Of a stretch of 47,560 nucleotides of DNA, positions 30,168-38,620 are shown piece after piece; position 1 is the stretch's first letter; each line of letters starts with the position of its first letter. This DNA comes from Candidatus Zhuqueibacterota bacterium. Its GTDB lineage: Bacteria > BS750m-G25. The position numbers and the translations under genes were made by a program. Below the pieces are notes generated by a model. That model was not told the origin of the DNA and made no database searches. It saw only the letters and a list, made by a program, of their open reading frames with translations. The stretch spans positions 1-47,560 of the forward strand of contig JADHWK010000015.1 in the NCBI GenBank assembly GCA_016783505.1, written 5' to 3'.

Positions 30168-31028
30168 ATGAAAAAATTATTGATAGGATTAACCATAGTC
30201 GCCCTGGGGATGGGCCTGACCTTAGCCAAGCTTCCTCCGGAAGAGTTAAGGAAGACCATCAAGAAGACCACCGAGAAATTCCTGGACGCCAGCATTGAAT
30301 TCGCCTTGGGGGAATTGACGGTGGAAAGCGGCAGTGCCCGCAACGTCTTTGAAGCGAATTTAAGATATAATCCAGATGAAATGCAGCCCGAGATCGAATA
30401 TGAAATCCGGGAAGACGAGGGAAGGTTAAAGATTCGTTTGAAGTCGAAGGAGGATTATTCCCATAAGACCTGGAAAAGTACATATCAGGAGAACCGTTGG
30501 GAGCTGCTATTATCCGATGATCTGCCCATCTCGCTGAAAATTGATATGGGTCTGGGAAAAGGCAACCTGGACCTCACTGATCTGAGGATTGTCGAACTGC
30601 AACTGTCCACCGGAATGAGCGAGGTGACCCTGGAGTTTAATGAACCCAACCAAGAAGAAATCTCCCGCCTAAAGATTGTGTCAGGGCTGGGAAAGTTCCG
30701 GGCCAAAAATCTCATCAATGCAAATTTCAGGAGACTGAAGTTCGAGAACGGACTGGGGGCTTCCACCCTGGATTTTCGGGGTGAGTTAGAGGGTCAATTT
30801 AAGGCAGAGGTTTCCGTAGGCTTAGGTTCGCTGACCATCCTGGTTCCCAAGCGCTTCGGGGTTCGAATTGAGGCGGAAAGGTCCTTTCTGTCCACTCTCA
30901 ACCTGGATAATTTTGTCCAAAAAGGTGAGGATATTTACCATTCAAGAAACTATGATAAGACCGAAAGCCGGATTGAACTGGATGTGAACATCGGATTGGG
31001 CAGTGTGAACGTGGAGTGGGTTGATTAA
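30168..31028 (+). CDS. Toast-rack/LiaF-like beta-repeat envelope protein
   Basis: Signal peptide; periodic GLG/G.S turns with LDL strands; GAGG upstream of ATG 30168. Confidence 0.65.
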   Translation: MKKLLIGLTIVALGMGLTLAKLPPEELRKTIKKTTEKFLDASIEFALGELTVESGSARNVFEANLRYNPDEMQPEIEYEIREDEGRLKIRLKSKEDYSHKTWKSTYQENRWELLLSDDLPISLKIDMGLGKGNLDLTDLRIVELQLSTGMSEVTLEFNEPNQEEISRLKIVSGLGKFRAKNLINANFRRLKFENGLGASTLDFRGELEGQFKAEVSVGLGSLTILVPKRFGVRIEAERSFLSTLNLDNFVQKGEDIYHSRNYDKTESRIELDVNIGLGSVNVEWVD

Positions 31029-31042
31029 ACTATCTCAACCCC

Positions 31043-31103
31043 GTTGCTTCAAGGTTGCACCTTGAAGCATTTCGAATTCTTTCAAGGTTTAACCTTGAAA
31101 GAA
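31043..31103. repeat. Two family C REP-like palindromes
   Basis: gttgcttcaaggttgcaccttgaagcatt (31043..31071) and ttctttcaaggtttaaccttgaaagaa (31077..31103). Confidence 0.8.
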
Positions 31104-31138
31104 CAGGTTCTCATCTTAAAGGAAGAAAGGAGGAGATC

Positions 31139-32146
31139 ATGAAATCCGTATCCCGCAACTATCAATGGGCAAGCATAGCTATTGCTGCCCTCCTGCTTAT
31201 CGCCTCACCGAGCGCCCGTGGTGAAATCGAAGACCGTATCAAAAAGTCATTTGAGGTTGGTTCCGGTGGGCAGCTTACCCTAACGACTGATCTTGGATTA
31301 ATCGAGGTGCAGGCGGTAGACGGCAATACCCTCGAAGTGGAGGTAATCCGGAAGGTTTATGCACGAAATCGCAAAAAGGCTGATGAAATACTGGAAGATT
31401 TTGAAATTGAATTCAGTCAGAGCGGCAAAGATGTGGATATCCGTGCAGAGTATAAAGGGGAAAAACGTCGTTTCTGGGATTTTGATCAAGTTCGGCTGCG
31501 AGTTCGTTATCTGATTTCCGTGCCCCGAGAATATAACGTTGATCTGAAAACAGCAGGCGGAAGTATTTCGGTGGATGATCTTGAGGGCGAGGTGCGTAGT
31601 AAGACTTCCGGCGGTAGTTTGCATTTCGGCCGCATTCAGGGGCCAGTCTGGGGGAAGACCTCGGGCGGTAGTATAGAGCTTGATGGCTGTAGGGGTAAGG
31701 CAGAAGTGAAAACCTCAGGCGGTAGCATCAGTATCGGCGAGGTGGACGGTGACGTCCTCGCTCACACCTCCGGGGGTTCGATTCGCATCAAAAGGGCCAA
31801 GGGGAGTGTTGATGCCAAGACTTCCGGGGGCAGCATCACGGTGGAAGAGGTGATGGGCTCGATTAATGCGACCACCTCGGGTGGCACGGTGAAGGCTCAC
31901 ATCTCTCGCCAGCCGCAGGGCGACTGTCGTCTGGCGACCTCCGGTGGAAGTGTTGTCGTTTATATGACGGAAGATATCGCAGTAGACGTGGACGCAAAAA
32001 CCAGTGGTGGTCGTGTGGTAACTGAATTACCCGTAACTGTACAGGGTGAACTGAGCAAGACCTCCCTGCAAGCAAAGATTAATGGCGGCGGACCGGCGCT
32101 GGTTTTACGCACATCCGGGGGTAATATTCACCTGCGCAAAATGTGA
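31139..32146 (+). CDS. DUF4097 beta-strand repeat protein
   Basis: AGGAGG RBS, signal peptide, about 10 T-S-G-G-S type repeats, KINGGG end. Confidence 0.85.
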   Translation: MKSVSRNYQWASIAIAALLLIASPSARGEIEDRIKKSFEVGSGGQLTLTTDLGLIEVQAVDGNTLEVEVIRKVYARNRKKADEILEDFEIEFSQSGKDVDIRAEYKGEKRRFWDFDQVRLRVRYLISVPREYNVDLKTAGGSISVDDLEGEVRSKTSGGSLHFGRIQGPVWGKTSGGSIELDGCRGKAEVKTSGGSISIGEVDGDVLAHTSGGSIRIKRAKGSVDAKTSGGSITVEEVMGSINATTSGGTVKAHISRQPQGDCRLATSGGSVVVYMTEDIAVDVDAKTSGGRVVTELPVTVQGELSKTSLQAKINGGGPALVLRTSGGNIHLRKM

Positions 32147-32176
32147 CAATGTTCCTGATAGCGATGCTGAAGCATA

Positions 32177-32299
32177 GATGATTTTATAAGTAGGGATGAG
32201 GACGTATACTGCTCACTTAACTATGATAAATCCGAAAGCCGGATCAAACTGAGGCTGAACACCTGACCGGGCAGTGTGAACGTGAAGTGGGTTGATTAA
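32177..32299 (+). pseudogene. Decayed copy of the last 123 nt (30906..31028) of the toast-rack gene
   Basis: Colinear with no indels; 24/40 aa identical; internal TGA at 32264. Confidence 0.9.
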
Positions 32300-32360
32300 A
32301 CCCGTTTTTTTTTGGAAATTTAACTTCGAAAAGCATAAGTGTAAAAAAGAAAAACTAATA

Positions 32361-34988
32361 ATGAAAAAAAGATTTATACCTTTGTTTATTTTTATATTTG
32401 CGAATCTTTGGGCGAATCAAACCCTGGCAGAAAAAAAGGTCTATGTGGCAACGAGGGTTAATCCTTATCCGCCGATTATAGACGGTCATCTGGATGACCC
32501 CGCGTGGGCAGCTGTTGACTGGAAAGGCGAATTTATTCAGAGAGAGCCTTATGAGGGAAAAGAGCCTTCTCAGGAAACGGCCTTTAAAATATTATACGAT
32601 GACAAAAATGTCTATGTCGGGATTCGAGCGTATGACACCGAACCGGCGAAAATAGACCAGCGGATGTCCAGACGGGACGATTTGGATGGAGATATTGTTG
32701 GTATTCAATTCGACAGCTATTTCGACCATCGGACGGCATTTACATTTATCGTCAATACCGGCGGTGTCAAATGCGACGGCGTCTTTACCAACGATGGAGA
32801 AAATGAAGACTTTTCGCCGGATCCAGTATGGTATGTGAAGACAGCGACCGACGATCAGGGCTGGACAGCGGAGATGCAGATCCCTCTGAGTCAATTACGC
32901 TTTGGAAACCAGAAGGATCAAATCTGGGGGCTGCAGGTGGCAAGATATCTGTTTCGCAAAGAGGAACTCTCCCTCTGGCAGTTCATTGCCAAAGACGCTC
33001 CGGGCTGGGTGCATCTGTTCGGTGAACTGCATGGGTTAAGAGGAATAAAAACACCGCGGCGTATCGAGTTACTTCCTTATTCAGTGGGAAGATTACAAAC
33101 TTTTCAGAAAGAGGAAGATAATCCCTTTGCCACCGGTCGTCTAAATAGTCTAGCAGGCGGGTTGGATGGGAAAATCGGTGTCACCAGCGACTTGACCCTG
33201 GACTTCACCATCAACCCCGATTTTGGTCAGGTGGAAGCCGACCCTTCTGAGGTGAATCTTACCACTTTCGAAACTTTTTTTGAAGAGAAAAGACCGTTTT
33301 TTATTGAAGGGAAAAATATCCTGGATTTCCGGTTGCTGATGGGGGATAGCCCGTTCTCCAATGACATGTTGTTCTATTCCCGCCGCATTGGGCGTTTCCC
33401 TCAATATGAACCTGATGTGGATGATGATGAATATGTGAAGATGCCAACAAACACCTCAATTATAAGCGCTCTAAAACTAACCGGTAAAACCCATAATTGT
33501 CTGTCTATAGGCATAATGGAAGCGGTTACTGCCGAAGAAAAGGCAGAAATAGATTTTCAAAGACAGCGTCACCGAGAGGTGGTGGAACCGATGACCAATT
33601 ATTTTCTGGGACGATTACAAAAAGATTATAATAAAGGAAGTACCATCTTAGGTGGCATGTTCACAGTCACTAATCGGAATATCTCTGATCCTCAGCTTAA
33701 TTTTTTAAACCGCTCTGCTTACACCGGTGGGATTGATTTTAGCCATCGGTGGAAAGATAGGACTTATTTACTGGACATTAAAACGGCCTTTAGTCATGTT
33801 CGCGGCGACAAAGAGGCAATACTGGAAACACAAACTGCATCATCCCGGTATTTCCAGCGCCCGGATGCAAATTATGTTACCTTGGACTCCAGCCGCATTC
33901 ATCTTTCTGGACATGGGGGCACATTTGTGTTTGGAAAGATTAGTCATGGTCACTGGCAATATATTTTATGTAGTACATGGCGTTCTCCGGGGCTGGAATT
34001 GAACGATCTGGGTTATCTGCGAATGGCTGATATAATCATGCAATTTGTTTGGGTCGGTTACCGTATCTGGAATCCCATTAGTGTCTTCCGTAGAATTAAC
34101 ATAAACTTCAACCAATGGAATGGTTGGAATTTCGGGCGTGAAGGGTTATTCGCTGGCGGGAATATCAATGTTGATGCACAATTTCTTAATTACTGGGGAT
34201 TTGGAACCGGGATCAACCGAGAGGGGCCATCCCTTTCTACCAATGCGCAGCGTGGCGGGCCCGCAATGAGATTCCCCGGAGGATGGAATAACTGGTTTAA
34301 TATTTATTCTGATGAGCGTAAATCTTTACAACTCAATTTAATGGGGTCAAATTCTTGGAATAACGATGGGATTTCACGGTCCCAACAGTTCAGACCAGGA
34401 ATTACATGGCGTCCCAGCAATGCGCTACAGCTATCGTTCAATCCCTCTTACAGTATTAACAGGGATAATCTGCAATACGTTGATACAATTGAAAAAGAGG
34501 ACTATAATCGCTACATTTTTGCCCGATTAGATCAAAAAACATTGGGAATCGTTTTCCGTTTAAATTATAGCCTGACACCTGATCTCTCCATTCAGTATTA
34601 TGGACAACCTTTCGTCTCTTCCGGTGAATATTCCCAATTTAAGAAAATTACCCGTCCTAGGGCGGATGGTTATGATGATCGTTTTCATATATTTACTGAC
34701 AGCGAAATTAGTCCATATGAAGAAAGCTATGGAATTGATGAGGATCAGGACGGATTTGACGATTATTACATAGATAAGCCGGATTTTAATTTCCGGGAAT
34801 TTCGTTCAAATTTGGTGATCCGCTGGGAATACACCCCTGGTTCCACCATATTTTTTGTCTGGTCTCAAGGACGGACCGTGGAAGAGTCCATCGGGGATTT
34901 CTCCTTTAGAAATGATATACAGGACTTATTTGATATCTATCCCCATAACGTTTTCTTGATAAAGCTAAACCATTGGTTTTCGTTATAA
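32361..34988 (+). CDS. CBM9-like plus DUF5916 domain protein
   Basis: IDGHLDDPAW, WTAEMQIPLSQLRF, TINPDFGQVEADP, FFEEKRPFFIEG, FYSRRIG. Confidence 0.85.
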   Translation: MKKRFIPLFIFIFANLWANQTLAEKKVYVATRVNPYPPIIDGHLDDPAWAAVDWKGEFIQREPYEGKEPSQETAFKILYDDKNVYVGIRAYDTEPAKIDQRMSRRDDLDGDIVGIQFDSYFDHRTAFTFIVNTGGVKCDGVFTNDGENEDFSPDPVWYVKTATDDQGWTAEMQIPLSQLRFGNQKDQIWGLQVARYLFRKEELSLWQFIAKDAPGWVHLFGELHGLRGIKTPRRIELLPYSVGRLQTFQKEEDNPFATGRLNSLAGGLDGKIGVTSDLTLDFTINPDFGQVEADPSEVNLTTFETFFEEKRPFFIEGKNILDFRLLMGDSPFSNDMLFYSRRIGRFPQYEPDVDDDEYVKMPTNTSIISALKLTGKTHNCLSIGIMEAVTAEEKAEIDFQRQRHREVVEPMTNYFLGRLQKDYNKGSTILGGMFTVTNRNISDPQLNFLNRSAYTGGIDFSHRWKDRTYLLDIKTAFSHVRGDKEAILETQTASSRYFQRPDANYVTLDSSRIHLSGHGGTFVFGKISHGHWQYILCSTWRSPGLELNDLGYLRMADIIMQFVWVGYRIWNPISVFRRININFNQWNGWNFGREGLFAGGNINVDAQFLNYWGFGTGINREGPSLSTNAQRGGPAMRFPGGWNNWFNIYSDERKSLQLNLMGSNSWNNDGISRSQQFRPGITWRPSNALQLSFNPSYSINRDNLQYVDTIEKEDYNRYIFARLDQKTLGIVFRLNYSLTPDLSIQYYGQPFVSSGEYSQFKKITRPRADGYDDRFHIFTDSEISPYEESYGIDEDQDGFDDYYIDKPDFNFREFRSNLVIRWEYTPGSTIFFVWSQGRTVEESIGDFSFRNDIQDLFDIYPHNVFLIKLNHWFSL

Positions 34989-35055
34989 GCTGTCAAACAA
35001 CACGATTAGCCTAAATTTTGCTTTTTTCATTTAGCAGAAAAAAAATCTTTCAAAT

Positions 35056-35086
35056 AAAAGCTGAAGTTATAACTTCGGCTTTTTTT
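35056..35086. terminator. Rho-independent terminator
   Basis: AAAAGCTGAAG-TTATAA-CTTCGGCTTTTTTT. Confidence 0.75.
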
Positions 35087-35115
35087 AGTCTTCAAGATAA
35101 AAATGCATTTTATCC

Positions 35116-35144
35116 TTGACAATTGGGAAAAAAATTGTTATAAT
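35116..35144 (+). promoter_or_regulatory. Consensus sigma70 promoter
   Basis: TTGACA-N17-TATAAT. Confidence 0.85.
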
Positions 35145-35211
35145 TAATTAAAAATATGACCAAGTGATTTCTACTATATTGAATATCCCATAATTATTAA
35201 AAATTGGGCTG

Positions 35212-35781
35212 ATGAAGCTTTCGTACAGTTTTTTTATTTCAACTTTTTTACTTCTGGCAACAATGGGTATGACACCGAAATGGTCATTAGGTCAGGAGGA
35301 TATTCGCTACTATCGAGGATGGGATTACGTGAACAGAAAGCCCCAATTTGAGATCAGAAGGGGGAAGCCTACCGGGGTTTTTTATCGGATAATATTTGAC
35401 GATAAGGGGAATATGGTTCAATGGGAGCGGAAGGACCAATGGATCGGACTTAATGCCAAACAAAATTATCGTTACGATGAATATGGAAATCTGATCCGAA
35501 CGATCTGGTATCGGCAGGACGGATCCCCCATCTGGGTGGAATTCTACACTCCCGAAGGCCTGCGGGTTCAGAAAGACTGGTATCACAGCGATGGTTCTCT
35601 GCTTACGTTCTGGAAATACCATTACGATAGCAAAAACCGGGAAATAAAACGGGAAATTTACGACTCGGACTCCCAACTATCAGCGTATTATCAGTTTGAA
35701 TATAATGGAGCCTCAAGAAAAAAGACGATAAAAAAATACAATCGCAGAGGGATACTATTGCAGGTGCAAACCGAGCCTTAG
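35212..35781 (+). CDS. Secreted hypothetical protein with YD/MORN-like hairpin repeats
   Basis: Signal peptide; repeated Y.YD..GN and WY..DGS units. Confidence 0.7.
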   Translation: MKLSYSFFISTFLLLATMGMTPKWSLGQEDIRYYRGWDYVNRKPQFEIRRGKPTGVFYRIIFDDKGNMVQWERKDQWIGLNAKQNYRYDEYGNLIRTIWYRQDGSPIWVEFYTPEGLRVQKDWYHSDGSLLTFWKYHYDSKNREIKREIYDSDSQLSAYYQFEYNGASRKKTIKKYNRRGILLQVQTEP

Positions 35782-35894
35782 TTCCCATTTTCAGAACATA
35801 CAAGGTAAAACTGAAGCTCTATTCATTGTAAATAAGGATGGATTTGAGAAAACACAACGACAGAAGTTACTTTCGGTAGGGCAATAAAAACCTC

Positions 35895-35923
35895 TTGACT
35901 TTTATACTATTTGGTATTAAATT
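35895..35923 (+). promoter_or_regulatory. Putative sigma70 promoter
   Basis: TTGACT-N17-TAAATT. Confidence 0.5.
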
Positions 35924-36049
35924 TGGGTTGAGATGATTTGTTAAGGATTTTTAAGGTTTCTGAGATGTAACCATGAACGGTCAAGCCACATTCTTTGGGG
36001 GTTACCCAAGGCCAGGATAGTGTATCAAAGTGTCATAAATAGATCAGCG

Positions 36050-36085
36050 AGCATGTCCATTGTCATTTGTGACATGCTTTTTTTT
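36050..36085 (+). terminator. Terminator-like hairpin
   Basis: AGCATGTC...GACATGCT followed by 7 T. Confidence 0.6.
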
Positions 36086-36090
36086 CATCA

Positions 36091-36152
36091 GGGCGGTTAG
36101 CTCAGTTGGTTAGAGTATCCCGATTGCCATCGGGAGGGTCGCTGGTTCGAAT
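36091..36152 (+). pseudogene. Partial tRNA-Val copy with replaced anticodon arm and no 3' acceptor strand
   Basis: First 27 nt identical to 36439..36465, then tcccgattgccatcggga, then gggtcgctggttcgaat. Confidence 0.85.
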
Positions 36153-36182
36153 GTCTTTAAGATGGGTTAAGCAATTAAGTTG

Positions 36183-36364
36183 AAAATCCGAAACACGATC
36201 CCGAAACTTCGGGACGAAATTCGGAACAAATATAAATGACCAAAATTCAAAGTCCAAAAAAATATGATCTAGAAGATTGGACTCTTTCGTTCGCTAAAAA
36301 GGCGAGAGCCTTCGTAACGTTTTGAATATTTGATATTTGAATTTTTGACTTTGTTTCGGATTTT
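36183..36364 (+). mobile_element. Inverted-repeat-flanked cassette with a truncated four-helix-bundle (23S rRNA-IVP-like) gene
   Basis: 13-bp IR aaaatccgaaaca/tgtttcggatttt; ORF 36236..36325 MTKIQSPKKYDLEDWTLSFAKKARAFVTF*; family B hairpin at 36199..36214. Confidence 0.6.
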
Positions 36365-36438
36365 CCGCCAGAGGCGCCTGACCTATTTCTTACCCCTAAT
36401 GATTACCATTGAAAACCGGGAAGAGGGAGAAATATTAA

Positions 36439-36515
36439 GGGCGGTTAGCTCAGTTGGTTAGAGTACTTGCTTGACATGCAAGGGGTCGCTGGTTCAAATC
36501 CAGTACCGCCCACCA
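36439..36515 (+). tRNA. tRNA-Val(GAC)
   Basis: Cloverleaf: GGGCGGT/ACCGCCC acceptor stem, CTTGC-TTGACAT-GCAAG anticodon arm, TTCAAAT T-loop, encoded CCA. Confidence 0.97.
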
Positions 36516-36533
36516 AATAGGGGTTTAAAGGTA

Positions 36534-38465
36534 ATGAAGGAAAGAAGGGGAACGAAAGAAACAGTCAACATCTCTTTTCCCGATGATTCAAAAAAAGCCT
36601 ATCCCCGGGGGGTTACCCCCCGTCAGATTGCTGCTGAGGTTTATTCAGATCGGGATAAGGAGTTTATCGCCGCCCTGGCTAATGGAAATCCCACCGACCT
36701 GACCGCCCCTATCGCAGAGGATGCTTCCATCCGCTTCCTGATGGTGAATGATCCAGAAGGAAAGAGAATTTTCTGGCATAGCGCCGCCCACATCATGGCC
36801 CAAGCGGTCAAGCACCTCTATCCCCAGGCCAAATTGGGCATCGGGCCGCCGACCAAGAACGGTTTCTATTACGATTTCAGGATGGACTCTGCCTTAAGCA
36901 CCGAGGATCTGGCCAGGATCGAGGCCCACATGCGGGCACTGGTGGAGGCGGATTTACCTTTTGAAAGAACCAAATCCGATAAAAAGAAAGCAATCTCCCT
37001 GTTTCGGGCCCGGGGTGAGCCCTTTAAAGTGCAATTAATCCAGGGCATGGACGGGGAGGTCCATATTTACCGTCAGGGCGAATTTGCCGATCTCTGCCGG
37101 GGACCCCATGTTCCTTCCACGGGCTGGGTTAAATTTTTCAAATTACTCAGCTTGGCCGGGGCTTATTGGAAGGGCATCGAGACCAACCCGGTGATGCAGC
37201 GGATCTACGGGACCGCTTACGCCACTGGGGAAGAGTTACAAGCCCATCTGGATCGGCTTGAGGAAGCTAAGCTGCGGGATCATAGAAAACTGGGAAAGGA
37301 GCTTGACCTCTTCAGCTTTCATCCAGAGGGACCGGGGTTTCCCTTCTGGCACCCCAAAGGAATGGTTATCTACAACGAGGCCGTTCGCTATTGGCGGGAT
37401 GTCCACCATCGTTCCGGTTATGGGGAAGTGCAAACCCCGATGATCCTGAACAACGATCTCTGGCGGCGGAGTGGTCATTGGGACAATTATAAGCAGAACA
37501 TGTACTTCACCAGGATTGACCGACAGCCATATGCGGTAAAACCCATGAATTGTCCCGGTGGGCTTCTGATCTACAAGGACACCCCCCATTCCTACAAAGA
37601 GTTCCCGATCAGGATGGCCGAGCTGGGGTTGGTCCACAGGCACGAGAAGTCAGGGGTGCTTCATGGTCTTTTCCGGGTGCGGCAGTTCACTCAGGATGAC
37701 GCCCACATCTTTTGCCTGCCGGACCAGGTTGAAGAAGAAATTATCGGGGTAATTGATCTTGTTTATGAGATCTATGGGGCCTTCGGTTTTAAGGATGTTC
37801 TGGTTGAGCTTTCCACCAAACCCCAAAAGTCTATCGGGTCCGCCGAGGATTGGAAAAGGGCGGAATCAACGCTCAAATCCGCCCTGGAAAAGAGGGAATT
37901 GGCCTTTGAGTTAAATGAGGGTGAAGGGGCTTTCTACGGTCCCAAGATTGATTTCCACATTCAGGATTTTTTAGGACGGTTCTGGCAGTGCGGTACCATC
38001 CAACTGGACTTTTCCATGCCCCAGCATTTTGAGTTAGAATACGTGGGAGCCGACGGAAAGAAGCATCAGCCGATGATGATCCACCGGGCCATTCTGGGTT
38101 CAATTGAACGGTTCATTGGAATCCTCATCGAACATTATGGGGGGGATTTACCACTCTGGCTTTCACCGGTACAAGCTCGTATTATCCCCATCACCGATAG
38201 TCAGCACTCTTATGCCCATTCCCTTAAACTCAAATTGGACGAACAGGGAATGCGGGTCGAAGTGGATGACCGGAGCGAGAAGATGGGGTATAAGATCCGG
38301 GATGCGGAGTTGGGAAAGGTGCCTTACATGCTAGTAGTGGGCAAAGATGAAGCGCAAAAAGGGACGGTATCCGTCCGAAAGCGCAAGATAGGCGATCTCG
38401 GTACGATGACCCCGGATCAGTTATTGGCTCGGCTTCATGAGGAGATCGAAAAAAGAAAAATTTAA
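36534..38465 (+). CDS. thrS: Threonine--tRNA ligase
   Basis: HSAAHIMAQA, DLCRGPH, KPMNCPG, RVRQFTQDDAH, FYGPKID. Listed start 36471 lies inside the tRNA. Confidence 0.98.
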   Translation: MKERRGTKETVNISFPDDSKKAYPRGVTPRQIAAEVYSDRDKEFIAALANGNPTDLTAPIAEDASIRFLMVNDPEGKRIFWHSAAHIMAQAVKHLYPQAKLGIGPPTKNGFYYDFRMDSALSTEDLARIEAHMRALVEADLPFERTKSDKKKAISLFRARGEPFKVQLIQGMDGEVHIYRQGEFADLCRGPHVPSTGWVKFFKLLSLAGAYWKGIETNPVMQRIYGTAYATGEELQAHLDRLEEAKLRDHRKLGKELDLFSFHPEGPGFPFWHPKGMVIYNEAVRYWRDVHHRSGYGEVQTPMILNNDLWRRSGHWDNYKQNMYFTRIDRQPYAVKPMNCPGGLLIYKDTPHSYKEFPIRMAELGLVHRHEKSGVLHGLFRVRQFTQDDAHIFCLPDQVEEEIIGVIDLVYEIYGAFGFKDVLVELSTKPQKSIGSAEDWKRAESTLKSALEKRELAFELNEGEGAFYGPKIDFHIQDFLGRFWQCGTIQLDFSMPQHFELEYVGADGKKHQPMMIHRAILGSIERFIGILIEHYGGDLPLWLSPVQARIIPITDSQHSYAHSLKLKLDEQGMRVEVDDRSEKMGYKIRDAELGKVPYMLVVGKDEAQKGTVSVRKRKIGDLGTMTPDQLLARLHEEIEKRKI

Positions 38466-38474
38466 TAAAGCCAC

Positions 38475-38496
38475 ATCAGTCGGACGCCTGACCGAT
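38475..38496 (+). repeat. Family A repeat
   Basis: atcagtcggacgcctgaccgat, 1 mismatch to consensus. Confidence 0.85.
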
Positions 38497-38620
38497 CGAA
38501 TTGTTCAAATTTCAAAGATTGCCTAAATTTCAAAATCTCAAAGAATGCCTTATCTTTAATAATTTTGACAAATTACAAGCTTTATAGCTGATCTACTGAA
38601 TATATCAATACAGGAGGAAA

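Noticed and set aside
32264-32266. Selenocysteine or readthrough TGA
   Set aside because: It replaces a Gly codon in a start-less fragment, consistent with decay.
36091-36152. Functional tRNA-Gly(GCC)
   Set aside because: The 3' strand of the T-stem, the acceptor strand and CCA are missing, the loop is non-standard, and the body is a Val copy.
36471-36533. ORF-track N-terminal extension of thrS (likewise uvrC 14929, 30078, 31055, 32292, 43355, 43913)
   Set aside because: The extensions overlap a tRNA, repeats or upstream genes, or lack support; downstream ATGs fit the RBS and family N-termini better.
35924-36533. T-box riboswitch ahead of thrS
   Set aside because: No GGTGGNACCGCG T-box motif or specifier stem recognised.
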